DNA of 64,000 bases from Hamiltosporidium tvaerminnensis FI-OER-3-3 (lineage: Eukaryota > Fungi > Microsporidia), in assembly GCA_022605425.2 (NCBI GenBank), contig CM061256.1:186001-250000 (forward strand), in the 5' to 3' direction. Numbering within the stretch: position 1 is the stretch's first letter; each line of letters starts with the position of its first letter. Positions 1 through 10,945 of this stretch are shown piece by piece. The notes below the pieces were generated by a model, which was not told the DNA's origin, searched no databases, and was given only the letters and a program-made list of their open reading frames with translations. A program made the translations under genes and the position numbers.

Positions 1-1488
1 AACAAATTTTTCTAGAAATTTAATTCTATCCAAATCATTTCCCTCAACAATACATTTCTCAATAACATTACTAGCAAATTTATGAGTACTAAGTTCATAT
101 GAGTTATTAATAACACGTTCCATAATAATACTCCTCTCCCCATTTCTCCCATGTTCTATCAAATGTTGAATTACATAATTTCCATACTGATTCTCTATCA
201 AATCTTCTGTATTTTCTAAAATAAGATTTATCATTTTAGAACATTCATTATTAATACTGAATTCAAATAATCTTTGTATAACCCTACATCCATACCTATG
301 CTTAGCAAGTTTACATGCGTGCTGTTCAAATTCTTTTATAACGAAATCTCTATTTTCTACTTTTTCTACACATTTTTGAACAACATGGTTACCATTTTGA
401 TCTTCAATTAATCCTAAAATATTTCCTTTTAATTCTTCCACAATATCATCCAAAGGACTGATCATATCCAATACTTTTTGAATAACTCTGCATCCATACA
501 TGTGTAATGAAAGTGATACAATTCTTCCTTTCAATCGTTGTAGTATTTCTTGTCTTTGTCTGTTGACACACAAATCAAATAATTTTTGGATGACATAATT
601 TCCAAATAGATCGGTTGTAAGTTCTAAAACTGCTTCTTCTATTTGAGAAAGAAACCAAATTCTTTCTATTTCTGTTCCTTCTTCAAGTCGTTTTTGTATA
701 AAACGAGAACCTTCTTGATCTCTGCTTAGATCTATACAAAAAGTTTTGGCAAGAAAATCTTGATCAAAATTGTAGAGAAATTCTGTATTTTTATTGAAGG
801 GTGAATCTTGAGTTGAGGAAGTTTTAATACCAAATTTTAAAATATCTTCTTTAAAACCAAGATAAAGTGGTTTTAGAAGTGAATCCTCTTGTGCTTGTAG
901 TGGTGCTTTATAAGTCTCATCAGAAAAAATACTGGCTAAAATTGGAGTTGGAGATTCAAATCCCATGGCATTTCCTATGGGTGTTGTAGTACGAGAAGGT
1001 CCTTTATATTCACTACTTTTTTCTGAATACGGATGGTCTTCATCTATTCGGTCCAAAAGACTTGGGGCATGTGTTTTTCGTATAGAAATCGTATTTACCG
1101 TTTCTGATAGTAAAGGTGCTTTACTAGAAGTACTACTGAATGCTCCTCGAACCAGACTAGCATTACTGTTATCGCCATACGGAAACGAACTTTGTCCCAA
1201 CATATAAAAATTTGGTGGCGGTAATCTCGGTTCATTACGACTGTTTCTCCTATAATAAGCAGCATAATTTATCTCATTGTTAAGTTCCTCCAAATTTATA
1301 TGTTCATCCTCTACAAGCATTTTCTCTACGGGTGGTGCAGACGTACACCTCGTATTGAAACTCTCATTGTATAACCGATTAGTAACACGAAAAACATTAT
1401 TTTCAAAATCTGTGTCATTTTCACCATTTTTATTATCATTTTTTTGTTTAAATTTATTGATGAAGCTTTTTCTTTTATCAAAACTCAT
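1..1488 (-). CDS. Pumilio/PUF-family RNA-binding protein (3' end runs off the window)
   Basis: Manual translation from ATG at 1488 (MSFDKRKSF...) gives successive PUF repeats: DQEGSRFIQKRLE, DLFGNYVIQKLF, HMYGCRVIQKVL, DQNGNHVVQKCVE, HRYGCRVIQRLFE, NQYGNYVIQHLIE, HKFASNVIEKCI. It is absent from the ORF track because there is no stop in the window. A CCCC motif lies ~20 nt upstream (1509-1512). Confidence 0.95.
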   Translation of the reverse strand, partial: MSFDKRKSFINKFKQKNDNKNGENDTDFENNVFRVTNRLYNESFNTRCTSAPPVEKMLVEDEHINLEELNNEINYAAYYRRNSRNEPRLPPPNFYMLGQSSFPYGDNSNASLVRGAFSSTSSKAPLLSETVNTISIRKTHAPSLLDRIDEDHPYSEKSSEYKGPSRTTTPIGNAMGFESPTPILASIFSDETYKAPLQAQEDSLLKPLYLGFKEDILKFGIKTSSTQDSPFNKNTEFLYNFDQDFLAKTFCIDLSRDQEGSRFIQKRLEEGTEIERIWFLSQIEEAVLELTTDLFGNYVIQKLFDLCVNRQRQEILQRLKGRIVSLSLHMYGCRVIQKVLDMISPLDDIVEELKGNILGLIEDQNGNHVVQKCVEKVENRDFVIKEFEQHACKLAKHRYGCRVIQRLFEFSINNECSKMINLILENTEDLIENQYGNYVIQHLIEHGRNGERSIIMERVINNSYELSTHKFASNVIEKCIVEGNDLDRIKFLEKFV

Positions 1489-2274
1489 CGTATATTTTTT
1501 CTTTCAAAGGGGTGTTTTTCTCTTAAATATTTTTTTTTCTTTAAAAATCATATTCGAGAAAAAAAAATCATTATCAGTGAATTATTATTGCTTTATTAAA
1601 AAAAGGAGAATATAAAAATTATTCTTTATTTGGAAATAAAGGAGACATTTTGTGATAAAAAAAAATCTTTAGATTGGTCGAATTCCTTATTTTGTTTATT
1701 TCTAATTATGTTTGGATTGTTTTGTTCGTAACAGAATTTTATTTGTCATTTGAAATGTTTGAATTTATTTATTTCATAAATAATTTTAATTTGAAATAAA
1801 TACAATAATTTCTTTTATTTAGTAAGATTACAGATAAAATAGTGTTAAATAGAAATATTAAGAATAAGAAGTTTTTAAGAAGAAATAATTGGTTATTTAA
1901 TTTTTTTAAAACAAATTCTCCCCTTTTAAAACGTTTCCTCTTCTTTTGTTACGATTTAGTTGTAACGAAATTTAAAAATATTTTCCTTTAAAAATAAATA
2001 ATACCTTCACAATAAATCATAACCATGAAAAGCATTTCCTTAACCTTTAGAATGCATTTCCTTAACTTTTAAAAAGAATTTCATCTCCTTTAAAAAGCAT
2101 TTCCTTAACCTTTAATATGCATTGCCTCACTTTTAAAAAGAATTTCATTTGATTGAAATTTAAAATTATTTATTCTAAATTATCAATAAATTCATGAATT
2201 AATAAAAATAATCAAAATACAAAAAAGGAAATTAAAAAAATAAAATGTAACAAATTTTGAATTTTTATTAAATA

Positions 2275-2615
2275 TAAAAGAATAGAAACTTAAAACTGTA
2301 AATTATAAAAGATAAGATATAAAATTAAAGCAGTAAATTATAAAAGAATAGAAACTTAAAACTGTAAATTATAAAAGATAAGATATAAAATTAAAGCAGT
2401 AAATTATAAAAGAATAGAAACTTAAAACTGTAAATGATAAAAAATAAGATATAAAATTTAAGTAGTATATCATAAACATAAGATATAAAATAAAGAAATT
2501 TAGGTAGAAAATTATATAGCTAAGATATAAAATTAAAGCAGTAAATTTTAAAGCTAAGATAAAAAATTAAAGTAGTAAATTATAAACATAAGACATAAAA
2601 TAAAGAAATTTAAAG
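2275..2615. repeat. AT-rich tandem minisatellite (~33/67-bp units)
   Basis: Repeated TAAAAGAATAGAAACTTAAAACTGTAAATTA / TAAAAGATAAGATATAAAATTAAAGCAGTAAATTA units, degenerating rightward. Confidence 0.85.
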
Positions 2616-2752
2616 AAGTTTTAATCAAATATAAATTTCGTTTGGTAAAAGAAAGACAACATACAAGAAATAAGAAAAATCACTTTTTTTTAAACAAATC
2701 TTCCAATACAGATTAAAAACAAAAGTAACAAAAAAATATTTTTAAAAAAACA

Positions 2753-2902
2753 AGGAGATGGCGCGAACGCCTTTCTCCCAACCAAAAAATAATGTAGTTG
2801 ACACGCCTTTCGGATATCACAACGTTTTAAGGGACTCTAAAGTGCATTGAGTAGAATTTAAAACGTGGAAAAGGTTTTGTACCTTTTCACTACAAGGTAA
2901 GT
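2753..2902 (-). ncRNA. U1: U1 spliceosomal snRNA
   Basis: The minus strand begins ACUUACCU (5' splice-site recognition sequence) directly after CCCCC. Helix H UGUAGU/ACUACA closes a 4-way junction. SL-I AAAAGGU/ACCUUUU; SL-II CGUUUUAA/UUAAAACG with loop AAUGCAC (U1A-type AUUGCAC); SL-III with a GAAA tetraloop; Sm site AUUUUUUG; SL-IV GGAGA..GGCG-UUCG-CGCC..UCUCC. Confidence 0.92.
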
Positions 2903-3190
2903 GGGGGTGAAAGATTAAGAAAATATTTAAAGGAAATATTGGGGAGTGAAAAATTAAAGGAAATATTCGTAGAAAATATCTAAGCGAATATTGGGAGTAA
3001 ATCTTTGAAGAAAAATTAAAGAAAATTATTTAAAGAAAATTATTTAAAGGAATATTTAAAGGAAATATTGGGAGTGAAAGATTAAAAGAAAAATTAAAGA
3101 AAATATTTAAAGAAAATTATTTAAAGGAATATTTAAAAGAATATTGGGAGTAAATCTTTGAAGAAAAATTAAAGAAAATATTTAAAGAAA
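2903..3190 (-). repeat. Degenerate repeats upstream of U1 carrying multiple CCC promoter-like motifs
   Basis: The plus strand repeats ATATTGGG(G)AGT(G/A)AA and AAAGAAAATTATTTAAAGG several times, giving ACTCCCAATAT on the U1 strand. Confidence 0.6.
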
Positions 3191-3214
3191 CAGGTAAAGA
3201 ATTTTATTTAATAA

Positions 3215-3372
3215 AATTCTGGGTTAAAATAATTTTAACATTTTTATATGTTTTCTTCTACTTCTTTAACCACTTTTGTCTCTTCTTCCAAATCCGACTC
3301 TTTATTTATGTTATTGGTCGGTTCCTCTAAAGTGGTTCCTCCTTGTGAAATAAAGGGTGCTTTATTTTTCGG
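3215..3372 (-). mobile_element. 3'-terminal fragment of R4/Dong-type LINE
   Basis: Matches the 3' end of the elements at 18245 and 47241 (TTCTGGGTTAAAAT...TATATGTTTTCTTCTAC...TCTTCCAAATCCGACTC). Confidence 0.85.
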
Positions 3373-3725
3373 TTTACTTAATAAATAAAATATTCTTAAT
3401 AAATAAAATATTTTTATCAAAGAATATTAAAATCAGAAATAAACAATAAAAATAATTCAGTTGTAATTAAAAGTATTAAATAAAACTAAAATAAAAATTT
3501 ATTACCAAATAAATAAAAATTTAAACTTTAAAAAGTACGAACTAGAAATTTATTTAATAAAATTAGAAAAAGTATTAAACATACAAACTACTGGAATATA
3601 CACTTCTAAAATACTAAAACACCAAAGTACTAGAATACTAAAATACTAAATACTAAAGTAGTAAAACACAAAACACAAAAACACTAAACCAAAGTACTAA
3701 ACTTACTTTATATTTATTGATATAT

Positions 3726-3917
3726 CTATTCATTTTTACTTTCATCTTCTTCAAAAACAGATATAAAATTACAAATGTCTGGTAATGGTAATTCACTAAT
3801 AGTTGGTTTCTTAATAGGTTTTAAACCAGAATATTTTTGTCCTAAATTATCTAAGGAAATAGAAATATCTTTATTACTTAAATTATCTTCTTCTTCTTTT
3901 AAATGATTATAAGACAT
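3726..3917 (-). CDS. Hypothetical small protein (63 aa)
   Basis: ATG-initiated ORF with a CCC motif just upstream (AATCACCCTTTATATG) and AATAAA just after the stop. No recognisable domain. Confidence 0.55.
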   Translation of the reverse strand: MSYNHLKEEEDNLSNKDISISLDNLGQKYSGLKPIKKPTISELPLPDICNFISVFEEDESKNE

Positions 3918-4770
3918 ATAAAGGGTGATTTTGATAATAGGTATTAGTTAAAGGGGTGTAAAATATAATGAAATATTTAAAGGGTAATAAGACATATAAA
4001 GGGTGATTTTGATAATAGGTATTAGTTAAAGGGGTGTAAAATATAATGAAATATTTAAAGGGTAATAAGACATATAAAGGGTGATTTTGATAATAGGTAT
4101 TAGTTAAAGGGGTGTAAAATATAATGAAATATTTAAAGGGTAATAAGACATATAAAGGGTGATTTTGATAATAGGTATTAGTTAAAGGGGTGTAAAATAT
4201 AATGAAATATTTAAAGGGTAATAAGACATATAAAGGGTGATTTTGATAAGTAGTAATAGGTTAAAGGGGTGTAAAATATAATGAAATATTTAAAGGGTAA
4301 TAAGACATATAAAGGGTGATTTTGATAAGTAGTAATAGGTTAAAGGGGTGTAGAATATAATGAAATATTTAAAGGGTAATAAGACATATAAAGGGTGATT
4401 TTGATAATAGGTATTAGTTAAAGGGGTGTAGAATATAATGAAATATTTAAAGGGTAATAAGACATATAAAGGGTGATTTTGATAATAGGTATTAGTTAAA
4501 GGGGTGTAAAATATAAAGAAATATTTAAAGGGTAATAAGACATATAAAGGGTGATTTTGATAATAGGTATTAGTTAAAGGGGTGTAGAATATAATGAAAT
4601 ATTTAAAGGGTAATAAGACATATAAAGGGTGATTTTGATAATAGGTATTAGTTAAAGGGGTGTAAAATATAAAGAAATATTTAAAGGGTAATAAGACATA
4701 TAAAGGGTGATTTTGATAATAGGTATTAGTTAAAGGGGTGTAGAATATAATGAAATATTTAAAGGGTAAT
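3909..4770. repeat. 78-bp tandem repeat x11 containing the CCC motif and first codons of the 63-aa gene
   Basis: AAGACAT (minus-strand ATGTCTT) recurs with its ATG at 3917, 3995, 4073, 4151, 4229, 4308, 4387, 4465, 4543, 4621 and 4699. Two units are 79 bp. Confidence 0.95.
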
Positions 4771-4947
4771 AAATTAAAGGAATTTAAATTTTATTTTACT
4801 ATAACTATTAAAAAATTTAGAGGGCTTTTAAAATATAAAAGAGATTTAAATATATCTTTAAAAACAAATTTAAATTATTAAATAGAATAAGATTTAACTA
4901 GAACTAAGAACAATTAGTATAATTATATCTCTACCGATCAAATTCAA

Positions 4948-4964
4948 GCCTCCATAGCGCAGTA

Positions 4965-4995
<31 letters not shown>

Positions 4996-5021
4996 CGTTG
5001 GTTCGAATCCGACTGGAGGCG
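4948..5021 (+). tRNA. tRNA-Asn (GTT)
   Basis: Acceptor stem GCCTCCA/TGGAGGC, anticodon loop CTGTTAA, T-arm GGTTCGAATCC, and a Pol III terminator TTTTT at 5026-5030. Confidence 0.97.
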
Positions 5022-6177
5022 ATTCTTTTTACAACTTTAATTAAATTATGATTCTTTATAATGAAGTATGATTCTTTAATAATTTGTATATTTTAAATTA
5101 CTCTTATACATAAAAATTATCTTTTACATATAAAATTATTCTTTACTTTTAAAACCTAGTATATTTTAATTTCTAACTACTCTTATGATTTAAAAGTTGA
5201 ATATATGTTTAACTTACATTTATATTCTAAGATAACTAAATTTATAACAATGATATTTAAAAATAAGTGTTAGATTATTTTAAAATGTAATTCTTTAACA
5301 TTCAAGAAATATATTTTACTAAGATAAATCTTAATTTATTTATTTTATTTTTATATATTTTATATGTATAATCTTTAAATTAGTAATAATATACAACTTT
5401 TTACAAAATTGAATTGTATCATATCTATATTAATACGATAATTAATTTGATATTATGAAGACATTAAAAAAAATTGGTTTCTTTCTTTAAACTTAAATAA
5501 AAAAAACCTGTATTTTTTTCGAAGGTTTATAACTTATAACTATAAATGTAAAATATTTAAAAGTGAATCATGTTTCTTTTATTTTTAATGTTTTTCATTC
5601 TATTGAATTTATGTCTCTTTTAGGATTAACATTTATGTCCGTTCATTTACACATTAAAGTTAATGAATTTTAACATGTGTTCGTTTAAACGTTATTTATA
5701 TTTTACTATTCGATGTATTGAATATACCATTTTTTAAAATTTGTTATATCTTATAAATTCATTGAAGTCTTTTTTTAGCTCTCATATGACTTCTACTATG
5801 ACATTATTATTCACTCTTCAATCAACATAAAAAACTTGAAAATGATTTTTAAGTTTTCAAAACAGAATACATGACTCTATTCACAATAGAAATATCCATT
5901 ACATGTCTTAACATTTGAAGAAAAATCCTCAAATGAGATATTATAGATTTATTTAAAATTGATTTCAATATATAAATATTATACTGTTTTTTATTTATTT
6001 TTAAAAATTCGAAGCGAGTCCTGTGAAATAATAATTCTTAGTATTACTAAGTGGTTATGTACTTAATAAAATATCCTTAATATCTTAAATAGTTTTCCAT
6101 TAATTTATTTCTGATTCTATACTTTACTATTTATTACCACCTACTCTTACTTACAGATCTCATTCTCTAATATCTTT

Positions 6178-6874
6178 AATGGAGAGAGTATATTGATTTA
6201 AAAAACTTTCTGCTTGGCAATGAGTGTGTGAAACTGGTGTGAGGTCATTGTTTGAATTTTTGGTGGGAATAAAACCACACTACATCTTTGGTTGTTCCAT
6301 GGGAGATGTCATGAATAGGAAAGGTCTAAGAAATGGAGAAACTTTTTCTAAAAATTTATTTGTAGTTTTTTATGTAAACAATTGCAGACCACATCTAAAT
6401 CCGTAGGTAATTGCTCTATAAAAGCATGGAAACCTAGCCTTGCTCACTCGGGCTAGAAGACTTAGCACCCGGGAAATATAAAAATAAAAACCATTTAAAG
6501 CCAGGAATGCTAAGTAGCAGGTTATACCTGTTGGTGTGACATTGCACTGTCTAGGTGGACCCATGTAGTCTCTGAAATATATCTTAGCAAGAAGTTTATT
6601 GGGTTCAGAAAGTGTAGAGTAAGTGAGAATGCTGCATAGTCTCAGGGGAGCCTAGGGGGGGGCTTTGGCCTTCGATCATACTCCATGCAACGAACATTAA
6701 CGAACTCCGGGCAACTGCCTCGCCTATTAATTAGGTTCTACACACCTGGTAGATGAAAGGCTTTGGGACGTAGGTATCGCAGGGGTTACCGATGGAGTGT
6801 TGGGGTATCAGTTATTTATGTTAAACCTAGAACTGCGGTAATGTCATGAAAACAAATATAACACTTGCCACTAT
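6178..6874 (+). mobile_element. Unclassified ~700-bp dispersed repeat, copy A
   Basis: Colinear high similarity to 45098-45806 and to the reverse complement of 31175-31888 and 60588-61287. No conserved ORF. Confidence 0.85.
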
Positions 6875-7139
6875 TGTAAAAAAATAGTATATTTTTAAAT
6901 ATATTTCTTCTAAATAAATACATATAAGTCGTTTCCTATCCTTTTCATTGTTTGATTTCTTATTTCTATACTTTGTTAAATTGATCTATCTTATATCTTT
7001 TTGAATATCTTATTTCCTTCTTAGATATTTAAAGGATATCTTTGTTAAATATTATTTTCATTTATTACAAGGGTTTAAATAAAGGATATTTAATTAGTTA
7101 AATTTAATTTAAATAACTAAGGTAAATTTAAAATATATT

Positions 7140-8064
7140 CTTTTGGATAACACCCATTAATACATAATAAATATGTTCTTTTGTTTAACACCCCCTTTAA
7201 ACACAATATATATATATTCTCTTGTATAAAATCCCTTTAAACACAATATATATGTTCTTTTGTTTAACACCCCCTTTAAACACAATATATATGTTCTTTT
7301 GTTTAACACCCCCTTAATACATTAAAAACATATCACTTGTATAAAACCCCTTTAAACACAATATATATGTTCTTTTGTTTAACACCCCCTTTATACATTA
7401 AAAACATATCAGTTGTATAAAACCCCTTTAATACATATATCATACTTATACTTTAAAACCCTTTTATAATAACAAAACATTTATTAATCTTTAACCCCTA
7501 ATCCCTAATAGTAAACTTACTATACTCTAATACCCTTTATAATGCTACTATACACTAACACCCTTTATATTACTACCCTATATAGTTTAACACCCTTTAT
7601 ACGATACTTCAGACTCTATATACCATAACACCCCTTATAATCATCTATACTTTTACTAACACCCTCTAACCCTACTATAACCATACCCTTTACACAACTA
7701 CTACTATACACTAACACCCTTATAACAACTACCCCTCCACCATACCCTTTACATTACTACCACCATACACATACCCCTTATAATACTACCACTCCACCAT
7801 ACCCTTTATACTACCTATATAACTACTACCAATATAACTAACACCCTTATAACTACTACTATACTCTAACACCCTTATAACTACTACCCCTCCACCATAC
7901 CCTTTATAATACCAATATAACTAACACCCTCTAACCCTACTATAACCATACCCTTTACACCACTACTACTATACTCTAACACCCTTATAACTACCACTAT
8001 AACCATACCCTTTACACCACTACTACTATACTCCAACACCCTTATAATACTACCACCCTACCCT
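7140..8064. repeat. C-rich (AACACCC/ATACCC core) degenerate minisatellites downstream of the Myb gene
   Basis: Repeated TAACACCCCCTTTAAACACAATATATATG and ACTACTATACTCTAACACCCTTATA units. Confidence 0.85.
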
Positions 8065-10098
8065 TTATATCCCATACCTCCGTCTTAAAGAACTATTATA
8101 ATGATTCTTTATAGAATTATCAGTTCTTCCAGGCAATTTCTTAGATATTTCACTCCATCTATTACCAATCTTCTTATGATAATGCATAATAACCTCTTCT
8201 TCTTGTAAACTAAAAGGTCCTTTCTTAATATCAGGATTTAAATGATTATGCCATCTTTCTCTACACTGCTTACCTACCCTTGTCTTCATCATTTTAGCTA
8301 TAAAAGACCAATTCTTAGGTTTGTATTTTTTTATAAGTAAAAGTAATTTGTTATCTTCTTCTTCTGACCAAGGACCCTTGGTTATTATTGGTAGTATGTC
8401 ACTCTCTGAACATAAAGGGGTGTCTACACTTGTACAAGACTTAGTATCTTCTAATACAGAGATTGTATTTGATATGTTACTGTTATTTGATATTTTACTG
8501 TTACTTGGCTCATAACACCTGTCCATATACATACTACCTCTTCTTATATAGTTAACACCCCTCTTATCTTCTACTCCTACCCAACTACTTCTTCTACCGT
8601 TATATGACTGTTGGTTACCAGTAGAGATAAAGGGGTGTTGAGTATTAGCATAAGTATCCTTATAAGTATCGTTATTATTAACACCCTGTTGTTTACTAGT
8701 ACTGTTACTAAAGGGGTGTTGAGTATTAGCATAAGTATCCTTATAGGTATCGTTATTATTAACACCCTGTTGTTTACTAGTACTGTTACTAAAGGGGTGT
8801 TGAGTATTAGCATAAGTATCCTTATAGGTATCGTTATTATTAACACCCTGTTGTTTACTAGTACTGTTACTAAAGGGGTGTTGAGTATCAATACAACCAT
8901 CCTTATAACTAACTCCCTCTAAATTATACTCCTTATCCTTATAACCATCAGACAATCCATCCTTATCACTATCCTTATATCCCTTATAATCGCTATCCTT
9001 AACACCCTTATATCCCTTATCTTTATTATTAATACCCCCTTTCATATCAATATCCCACTTATCACTCTTAGAATAAAACATTTTATCTTCCCATTCACTT
9101 TTACTTAAATAAGATATACTCTTATCACTAACACCCTTATAATCCTTATAATTATTTATACTATAATTAACACTACCACTTCTCTGTCTATTAACACCCC
9201 TATAGTTACAGTAGTTAGTCATTCTATAACCAACACCCTGTTGATTACTAGTAGAGTTGTTAAAGGGATGTTGTTTATCATTACTATTATTAACACCCTG
9301 TTGTTTATCAGTAGTATTACTAACACCCCTATAATTACTATCCATATTACTAACACCCCTATATTTACTATCAATATTACTAACACCCCTATAATTACTA
9401 TCCATGTCACTAACACCCTCTAATCCACTACCTCTCTTACTAACACCCCTATAATCATACTCCATATTACTAACACCCTCTAATCCACTACCTCTCTTAC
9501 TAACACCCCTATAATCATACTCCATGTCACTAACACCCCTATACCCTTCACTACCCTTTATTCCCCTATAACCCTCTACTCTTCCATAACCCCTTATCTC
9601 AGTCACTGATTTACTTCTCTTTTCCTTAAAAGACCCACTTAAAGTTACCAGTATTTTAGCTATAGACTTCTCAAAACTAGTTAAATGTTCATAATATTTA
9701 GTATTATAACACCCATTCTTATTATCAGTAAATACAGTCTTAGATAAATAAAGAGAAGGATTTTCTGAATCTCTGATAGAATCTCTCATAAGATTTCTAG
9801 GTATTTGTTTAGTGTTATCCTTGAATGATTCTTTATCATCTTTACTATCTCTAATACTATAACTATCTTTACTACTATTACTACTATTACAATCTTTACT
9901 ACTATTACTATCTCTAATACTATTACCATCTTTACTACCATTACCATCTTTACTACTATTACCATCTTTACTACCATTACTACTATTACTACTCTCCATA
10001 CTCTCACATACTTCCTCTACACACACCTCCTTACTCAACCCTACACTCATACTCTTACCTTCTCTCTCTTCTTCTACTTGCATTTCTCTTTTATGCAT
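8065..10098 (-). CDS. R2R3 Myb-domain transcription factor with repeat-expanded N-terminal region
   Basis: C-terminal KGPWSEEED...KNWSFIAK..RVGKQCRERWHNHLNPDIKKGPFS.EEE...IGNRWSEISKKLPGRTDNSIKNHYNS. CCC motif upstream (TTTAACCCATTTAAAAATG). Confidence 0.95.
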   Translation of the reverse strand: MHKREMQVEEEREGKSMSVGLSKEVCVEEVCESMESSNSSNGSKDGNSSKDGNGSKDGNSIRDSNSSKDCNSSNSSKDSYSIRDSKDDKESFKDNTKQIPRNLMRDSIRDSENPSLYLSKTVFTDNKNGCYNTKYYEHLTSFEKSIAKILVTLSGSFKEKRSKSVTEIRGYGRVEGYRGIKGSEGYRGVSDMEYDYRGVSKRGSGLEGVSNMEYDYRGVSKRGSGLEGVSDMDSNYRGVSNIDSKYRGVSNMDSNYRGVSNTTDKQQGVNNSNDKQHPFNNSTSNQQGVGYRMTNYCNYRGVNRQRSGSVNYSINNYKDYKGVSDKSISYLSKSEWEDKMFYSKSDKWDIDMKGGINNKDKGYKGVKDSDYKGYKDSDKDGLSDGYKDKEYNLEGVSYKDGCIDTQHPFSNSTSKQQGVNNNDTYKDTYANTQHPFSNSTSKQQGVNNNDTYKDTYANTQHPFSNSTSKQQGVNNNDTYKDTYANTQHPFISTGNQQSYNGRRSSWVGVEDKRGVNYIRRGSMYMDRCYEPSNSKISNNSNISNTISVLEDTKSCTSVDTPLCSESDILPIITKGPWSEEEDNKLLLLIKKYKPKNWSFIAKMMKTRVGKQCRERWHNHLNPDIKKGPFSLQEEEVIMHYHKKIGNRWSEISKKLPGRTDNSIKNHYNSSLRRRYGI

Positions 10099-10339
10099 TT
10101 TTAAATGGGTTAAACTTTTTATTTGTATCTTATTTATGCTAATTTAACAAATAAGGAAATTAAAAAAGTGTAGAAAGTATTTTGCATAAATAATTGTTGT
10201 TTATGCGTTTTAAGATAAATTAAATAATTTAAAAAAATAAATTAAAATAAGTTTTTGTATTTTTATATTTTCTTTAGTATATCTCTATGTATTCTCTTAG
10301 TATAGTGTTAGTATTTCTCTATGTAATTATTTATTTATT

Positions 10340-10945
10340 ATATAGTATTATCTTAGTATTTATTCTTTGTATTATCTTAGTATTTATTCTTTGTATTATC
10401 TTAGTATTTATTCTTAGTAATTATCTTGTTATTTATTCTTAGTAATTATCTTAGTATTTATTCTTAGTATTATCTTAGTATTTATTCTTAGTATTTATTC
10501 TTAGTATTTATTCTTAGTATTTATTCTTAGTATTATCTTAGTATTTATTCTTTGTATTATCTTAGTATTTATTCTTAGTATTATCTTAGTAATTATCTTA
10601 GTATTTATTCTTAGTATTTATTCTTAGTAATTATCTTAGTATTTATTCTTAGTATTATCTTAGTATTTATTCTTAGTAATTATCTTGTTATTTATTCTTA
10701 GTAATTATCTTAGTATTTATTCTTAGTATTATCTTAGTATTTATTCTTAGTATTTATTCTTAGTATTATCTTAGTATTTATTCTTAGTATTTATTCTTAG
10801 TATTTATTCTTAGTATTATCTTAGTATTTATTCTTTGTATTATCTTAGTATTTATTCTTAGTATTATCTTAGTAATTATCTTAGTATTTATTCTTAGTAT
10901 TTATTCTTAGTAATTATCTTAGTATTTATTCTTAGTATTATCTAA
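10340..10945. repeat. Compound 11/13-bp satellite (TATTTATTCTTAG / TATTATCTTAG / TAATTATCTTAG)
   Basis: Dozens of alternating units upstream of the Myb gene. Confidence 0.95.

Noticed and set aside
965-1615. Plus-strand ORFs 965-1207 and 1277-1615
   Set aside because: They are antisense to the PUF gene.
3909-4770. CRISPR-like regular array
   Set aside because: The units are contiguous near-identical repeats with no unique spacers, there are no cas genes, and the context is eukaryotic.
6560-6580. Group I intron R-like TTCAGAGACTACA (minus strand) with a downstream S-like AAGATGTAGTG in the ~700-bp repeat
   Set aside because: R is not conserved in the other copies, S lacks the TAGTC needed for the P7 G-binding pair, and there is no host exon context.
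8321-10007. Alternative-frame and antisense ORFs in the Myb gene; likewise 11970, 14875, 58906 and the shadows of TBC, TAF5, PWWP and the LRR genes
   Set aside because: These are by-products of tandem repeats or antisense to well-supported genes.
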